NCBI GenBank assembly: GCA_963729625.1
Contig: CAVSOU010000008.1
Span: 800,001 to 864,000 of the forward strand
Reading direction: 5' to 3'
DNA length: 64,000 bases
Source: an uncultured bacterium
GTDB taxonomy: Bacteria > Chloroflexota > UBA5177 > JANWHV01
Position 1 is the first letter of the stretch; each line of letters starts with the position of its first letter. Made by a program: the position numbers and the translations under genes. The notes below the pieces were generated by a model. It made no database searches. It had not been told where the DNA came from and saw nothing but the letters and a program-made list of their open reading frames with translations. This document shows, piece after piece, positions 58,960-64,000 of the stretch.

Positions 58960-60111
58960 TTACTGTGCGGACCGCAGGGTCATAGCTTCGAACCACTTGG
59001 CCACTATCCGGCCGGTTGGGGTCAGCGCGCCTGTTCTCAGGTCGATTGCCCGCTCGGGGGCGGTGGGGCTGTTCCCGGTGAGCTGCCAGTACTCCACTCC
59101 CGCGATATACGGCTGCTGGGCCATCCAGCCCATGATCCGATCGGTGGTGTTCGCCGTGGAGGGCTGGGCACCGCCTTCTTCCGTGTCGCCCCATTCCACG
59201 ACGATTGGCTTGTGGAAGGCATTCCAACTTGCCTGAAGCTCTGCAGTGAAGCGGTTGAAATCGATCGTGAAATGGTCGACGTTGTAGACGTCGGCATACG
59301 CCAGTGCCTGCGGCGCCACATACGTGTACGAGTCGCCTGCGAGGCCGAACCAGCCCGAGGTTACCTTCTTGCCGATGGCATCGAATGCATCCTGGTCGGC
59401 CCGGCCAAAATCGCTAAGCCACTGGTTGAAGGCGGCCGTCGAGGGGAACTGGCACACCTGCTTGGGGCAGTGCGCCGCTGAGGTACCGCGAGGCCCGTTA
59501 GCGATCCCGTCGTTTTGTGGTTCCCCGAATGGCTCGAAGATATCGCCGCTCTGAAAAGGGGCCGCATGGTGCAGGATCCACTGGTAGGTCAAGCCGATAT
59601 AGGAGTCGACGTCCGCGCCGCTCTGCGCCGCTGCCGGACCACGAGTCGTCTCAAAAGGAATGGCCGGGCTCGTGCTATACGAAAGCTTGGCCTGGCCGTA
59701 GTCCCCCGCCCAATGATTCCAGTTTCCGCGAAAGAGTACGTGGAGCCCAGCCGCGTGGATGGTCTGCGTCCAGGCCTGCAAATAGCCATACGGCGACATC
59801 GGCCCTACATGGCAGTTGAAGCCCGAGGCATCGTCAAAAGGCACGCTCACGGAGGCAACGTTCGCGTGGAACCGGGCAATATAACCGACCAGGTGTGTCA
59901 TGTCAGCCTGGTCGTATTGGTGGCAGAGCGTATTGTGGGTGAGACTCGTCAAGCCCATGTCGCGCACCAGCCAGCCGCCTGTCGGCGCGGCTGCTGCAAT
60001 GGCCGCACGAGCAGCCTGACCCCGGATCTGTCCGCTGGAAATGAGCAGCGCCGCTACAGCGACGAAGGCGGGCAGGCGGCCGATCGTGTGGAGCAATGAG
60101 CGATGTGCCAT
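58960..60111 (-). CDS. Secreted putative clan GH-A-like glycoside hydrolase (catalytic domain only), paralog of 53726-55765
   Basis: Shares VRDMG, AAGLHVxFRGNW, DIFEPFGE, CQFPxTAAFNQWLSDF and GKKVTSGWFGL with the paralog; candidate nucleophile in PIVVEWG. Confidence 0.75.
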   Translation of the reverse strand: MAHRSLLHTIGRLPAFVAVAALLISSGQIRGQAARAAIAAAAPTGGWLVRDMGLTSLTHNTLCHQYDQADMTHLVGYIARFHANVASVSVPFDDASGFNCHVGPMSPYGYLQAWTQTIHAAGLHVLFRGNWNHWAGDYGQAKLSYSTSPAIPFETTRGPAAAQSGADVDSYIGLTYQWILHHAAPFQSGDIFEPFGEPQNDGIANGPRGTSAAHCPKQVCQFPSTAAFNQWLSDFGRADQDAFDAIGKKVTSGWFGLAGDSYTYVAPQALAYADVYNVDHFTIDFNRFTAELQASWNAFHKPIVVEWGDTEEGGAQPSTANTTDRIMGWMAQQPYIAGVEYWQLTGNSPTAPERAIDLRTGALTPTGRIVAKWFEAMTLRSAQ

Positions 60112-60518
60112 GTACTGACCAATCTGGAAGCGACACAGGCTCAACGACTCTCCGCGATCGGATTGCCGTCGCAGGCTACCGTTGCAGCCGGGTGAGCCGC
60201 CAAAGTGAGAGACATGGGAACACGATGCGGCTCATTTCGCGCTCACACCATCGTAGACGACGAGCCATGCTCCACGCAGCACCTCGTCGGATACTAGTTA
60301 GGTCCAGCCGGGTATGAAACAGACCCTCCATCTGGTGCGCGCTTATCCAGCCGATCTGCTGGAACTCCAATCGCGGGGAACGCCCGCAGCGGTCAAACGG
60401 CAGCGATGCCCCGGCTTCGACGCCGCGGCTTTGCGCGCTATCGCGTTCTGATCTACGGAGCGCTCAAGAAGGTGGCGAGAGGGGGGCGAAGATAGCCAGA
60501 CACGGCGGTCGGCACGAT

Positions 60519-61301
60519 CTAGAGCAGGCTGACGATCGCGGCAAACCGGCCCGTGCGATGGTGGTCGCCCCGGTGCGAGAAGTACTCGTCCCTGTGGCAG
60601 CGCGTGCAGATGCCGGACAGGTCGATGCGGGCATCGTCCAACCCCGCATCAAGTAACTGGCGCCTCGCGGCGTCCCACAGGTCGACGTAACGGCCGCGTA
60701 TATGAGGCGCGAAGGAACCCGGCAACTCGCGGTCCGGATCGGTGAACTCCGCGCAGCACGGTCCCAGTCCCGGCCCGATGCCTGCAAGCATCAGGTGCGG
60801 GTTGCTGCCGTAGCTGGCGTGCATGGCCGCGATCGTGGTGCCGATGCTGCCGGCGACGAGCCCGCGCCAGCCGGCGTGCGTCAAGGCGACGGCTGGTGTC
60901 ACGGGGTCAAGGAGGATGATTTGCAGGCAATCGGCGGCAGTTATCAGCAGCGGCCTTCCCGGCGTTGCCGAGATCAGGGCGTCCACGGCGGAGACGAGCA
61001 TGCTGCCATCTGGCATCGATACCACCGGAGCGGTCTCCACTGCCGCTACGTCAGCCCCATGTACGAGGCCGGCCACGGTTGGGGCTACCCCGCCCAGATC
61101 GAGGGCGGCCATGCAGCGTCGGCGGTTCTCCGCGACGCAGTCCTTGCTGTCTCCTACCGTGAACGACACGTTGAGCGAATGGAAGTCGCCGGTGCTGACC
61201 CCGCCATGGCGAGTGAAGATGCCGTGCGCCACCATCCGGCCATACGGAGCGAAGACCGGGATGTGCCGAACGGGCGAGTTCATTGCTGTGTCACGGTTCA
61301 C
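60519..61301 (-). CDS. pgeF: PgeF/YfiH (laccase-domain, purine nucleoside phosphorylase-like) protein
   Basis: FTRHGGVS, VHG, ADCL, HAGWRG, IGP...CC, CT...YFSHR, GRF. Confidence 0.88.
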   Translation of the reverse strand: MNRDTAMNSPVRHIPVFAPYGRMVAHGIFTRHGGVSTGDFHSLNVSFTVGDSKDCVAENRRRCMAALDLGGVAPTVAGLVHGADVAAVETAPVVSMPDGSMLVSAVDALISATPGRPLLITAADCLQIILLDPVTPAVALTHAGWRGLVAGSIGTTIAAMHASYGSNPHLMLAGIGPGLGPCCAEFTDPDRELPGSFAPHIRGRYVDLWDAARRQLLDAGLDDARIDLSGICTRCHRDEYFSHRGDHHRTGRFAAIVSLL

Positions 61302-61514
61302 AGTGTAGCGTGCACAGGAGGGATCGAGTTACTCCATCCTGGCAGGAGCTAGACGTGCCGGCGTCACTCGTGGCGTTGTACCAGAGCATTTCCCTTCGGT
61401 TTCAGGCATAGAGTACCTATGAGCCCCTTTTACCAAGGTCCGCAAGGCGCGACAATAGAGCCGGGGCAATCGCCGCGCCCCTGTTGAGAGTTGTGCATGC
61501 AAGGTGATGGTTCG

Positions 61515-62201
61515 ATGAGCAGCAAACAAGTGGCTATCGACTGCCCCAATCCGCAGTGCGCGGCTCCCGCGGCGCTAGGCGCGTGCACCCGCTTCTCCAC
61601 TGGATTCGGACTCCAGCTGGGCGGAGGCCGCATGGAGGCATCTCGCTGGGACGATACACACTGCCTCGTCTGCGGACATTTTTCCTCCCCCTACACAGGG
61701 ATAGAACGGCTTGGGCGCGACCTCAATTCCGACTCTGCCTGGCTTTCTGCCGTGGACCGCGCGCTCCATCAGGCTCGAAAGGCAGGCCTTGGGGTGTTCT
61801 TGGCCATGCACGATCTGGATAGTCACGACCTTTTGGCCATGCGGCGAGCGACCCAGGGCCTTCGCACGCTACGCGACATGCTGGAGTCGGTGCCGTCATT
61901 CCCGCAGGTCGGCTTGCTGCGCGTGCAGATCGACGCCGACGTTCCGGGGGTTTTCGGCGTCGCGCACGGTGAGGCGGAGAGCGAGCCCTTCGCCCGTAAA
62001 GTGCGGGTCCTGGGCCGGCTGCTTGGTGCGCAGAGCGCGGAATCGGCTCCCCGCCATTGCGCGGGCGTCGAAGCGCACCTATCCTGGTACTTCTATGATC
62101 GAGATACGTTCATGGGTCTGCTGAGCGTCGACAGAAATCGCGGCTACCGTGGCAGCGAGACGATCGACGGCTGCCTCGATCGGCTGCTCCACGCGAATTG
62201 A
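61515..62201 (+). CDS. Hypothetical protein with N-terminal Cys cluster
   Basis: CPNPQC...C...CLVCGH; no family recognised. Confidence 0.55.
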   Translation: MSSKQVAIDCPNPQCAAPAALGACTRFSTGFGLQLGGGRMEASRWDDTHCLVCGHFSSPYTGIERLGRDLNSDSAWLSAVDRALHQARKAGLGVFLAMHDLDSHDLLAMRRATQGLRTLRDMLESVPSFPQVGLLRVQIDADVPGVFGVAHGEAESEPFARKVRVLGRLLGAQSAESAPRHCAGVEAHLSWYFYDRDTFMGLLSVDRNRGYRGSETIDGCLDRLLHAN

Positions 62202-62569
62202 GCGGATGCCCGTGAGTGTGCCGCTTCTACTGCGCACAGCCCGATGCCGAGAGCGGCATGGGGCGTGCGTTTGAGCAGGTCGACACGGACGAAATCAATT
62301 CGGCCCGTACGTCCCATGCGTTCGACGCCGTACAGGCGGTCCCGCTCTCGGACCATGCGGTCTGGCTCATCTTCTCGCTTCGAGGTAGACTGCCACCGTC
62401 GGTATGTGGCCGGTCGCGCCAGTGGCGACCATGGTTTCGGTGCATTGCCCGGCGCTGCTGAGGGCCGGACGAATGGAACAAACGTTGTGATGAGATGATG
62501 CGGCGGCTTCGCACTGCCCGTTGCACGAGACCGCCGAGACAGACCAACAGCACGCGATTGGTGAAATAG

Positions 62570-64000
62570 ATGACCGACGAAACGCTCGATGACGGACGCT
62601 ACCAGCCCCAGGGAGCGATCGGCATTGGAGCCATGGCGCGGGTCTTTCGCGCTTTCGATGTACGCCTTGAGCGTACCGTGGCCATCAAGATGTTGCATGA
62701 ACCCCTGGCCGCTGAACAGCAGGTTGTCGAACGGTTCAAGCTGGAAGGACGCATCGCGGCAGGCCTTGCACACCCGAACATCGTGAGCGTCTATGATTTC
62801 GGCGAAGAGCAGGGCAGGCCGTTCATGGTGATGGAGTATGTGCCGGGCAAGAATCTCAGGCAAGTGGTGGCACGGGAAGCGCCCATGCCCGTGAATCGTG
62901 CAACGGCAATCATGCGGCAACTCGCTGCCGCACTCGACTTCGCGCATGCGAACGGCGTGATCCATCGCGATATCAAACCCGAGAACATCCTGCTGACGGA
63001 CAGGGGTGAGGTGAAGGTTGGCGACTTCGGCATCGCCCGGGCCCTTGCCGGCACGTCGCTCACCACGGCGGGGACAGTCCTCGGCACCGCAGCCTATGCC
63101 TCACCGGAGCAGGTTAGCGGCCAGGTGGTGACGGCGGAATCCGATATCTATTCTGCCGGCATCGTACTATACGAGATGCTAACCGGGCGGGTCCCATTCG
63201 CCGGCGAGAATTCCGTGGCCGTGGCCATGGCCCAGGTGAATGAGATTCCGGAGCCGCCATCCGTGCACGTGCCAGGCCTCCCGCGCGGGGTTGAGGCAGT
63301 GGTGCTTATGGCACTTGCCAAGCAGCCGGCCGAGCGGTTCCACTCGGGATATGAGATGGTCATGGCCTTGAACAGCGCCGGCAAGGTCGCCTGGGCGCCG
63401 CCGGTCGAGGCGTCACCGGAGCGTGCGGGCGGGCGGCGCGGCGCGCGGAGGGCCGGCGGTGAGCCGGTCACGGCGAAGACGCTCATTGCTCCCCAGGTAC
63501 CGGTACCGGCGCCGTCGCGTCCATCGCGCGGCCGGGCGAAGCAAATTCCGGGGCTGCTGCTGGTCTGCGTGGTGCTCGCAGTTCTAGCCGCGATGTTTTA
63601 CCGCGGCCAGATCAGCGGTGGCGGAAGCCCGTCAGTCTCGGGGCCGGCGGTGACGCCAAGCTCGTCCACCGCCGGAGCGGCTGTTGATACTCGGCAAGTC
63701 CAGCCCGCGGCCTCCGGCGTCGTGGGTTCCAGCCACGGAGCCACCATCGCTCTGGTCACCGCAGCAGGAGTAAGCCAGAACTACCTTCCGGTGGGCGTTT
63801 CTACGCGCTTCCACATGAGCGGCGGCGACGTCTTTGCCGTGGCCACCGTTCGCAACAAGGCACAGGGCGATGCGGTGAAGTTCACCTGGCTGTACCCGGA
63901 CGGCTCGACATTTGTCTACAACAATGGTGTGATCGCATCGTACGTGGGCACCGTCGTCGCGTATGGACAATTGACGCCGCGAATGCCGGGGGCCTACACG
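62570..64000 (+). CDS. Hanks-type Ser/Thr protein kinase with TM and extracellular domain (3' partial)
   Basis: Absent from the ORF track, probably because it runs off the window. Manual reading gives MTDETLDDGRY...IGIGAMARV...VAIK...HPNIV...HRDIKPEN...DFGIAR, then TM LLLVCVVLAVLAAMFY. Confidence 0.9.
   Translation, partial: MTDETLDDGRYQPQGAIGIGAMARVFRAFDVRLERTVAIKMLHEPLAAEQQVVERFKLEGRIAAGLAHPNIVSVYDFGEEQGRPFMVMEYVPGKNLRQVVAREAPMPVNRATAIMRQLAAALDFAHANGVIHRDIKPENILLTDRGEVKVGDFGIARALAGTSLTTAGTVLGTAAYASPEQVSGQVVTAESDIYSAGIVLYEMLTGRVPFAGENSVAVAMAQVNEIPEPPSVHVPGLPRGVEAVVLMALAKQPAERFHSGYEMVMALNSAGKVAWAPPVEASPERAGGRRGARRAGGEPVTAKTLIAPQVPVPAPSRPSRGRAKQIPGLLLVCVVLAVLAAMFYRGQISGGGSPSVSGPAVTPSSSTAGAAVDTRQVQPAASGVVGSSHGATIALVTAAGVSQNYLPVGVSTRFHMSGGDVFAVATVRNKAQGDAVKFTWLYPDGSTFVYNNGVIASYVGTVVAYGQLTPRMPGAYT

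Noticed and set aside
60395-60440. Second c-di-GMP riboswitch upstream of hydrolase-2 (minus strand CGCAAAGCCGCGG...GCTGCCG)
   Set aside because: Only the 3' half resembles the motif and the GGCAAACC/tetraloop stem is missing. At most a degenerate relic.

Overview
High-GC bacterial chromosomal window. The monoderm-type gene set and a GAAC-N4-GTTC LexA box suggest Chloroflexota or a related Terrabacteria lineage (inference). From 1 to 15 kb: partial tryptophanase, PfkB kinase divergent from a sugar ABC + GH4 operon, and a shortened dcw cluster (mraZ-rsmH-ftsL-ftsI-murF-mraY; no murE, nothing after mraY). From 15 to 37 kb: an internally deleted MFS pseudogene, a ProA variant, an orphan peptide-binding protein, an ABC exporter, polyprenyl synthase, J-domain, Nudix, SDR, AI-2E, purEK, lhgO, DUF971, yitT, oppD/oppF with a decayed oppC remnant, and a GT87-like enzyme. 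From 37 to 48 kb: an operon of an M48 zinc protease plus two dynamin-like GTPases, then thiD, lexA, a REC-GGDEF gene overlapping gyrA, and DUF2089. From 48 to 64 kb: a ~12 kb island of four secreted modular proteins (two PQQ-type beta-propellers, two paralogous clan-A-like putative glycoside hydrolases) with a c-di-GMP-I riboswitch-like element, then pgeF, a hypothetical gene and a partial Ser/Thr kinase. The best candidates for new biology are the M48-dynamin-dynamin operon (reminiscent of mitochondrial OMA1/OPA1) and the riboswitch-associated secreted glycan island. No rRNA, tRNA, CRISPR array or transposase was recognised. All family calls come from motif recognition by eye, not database searches.
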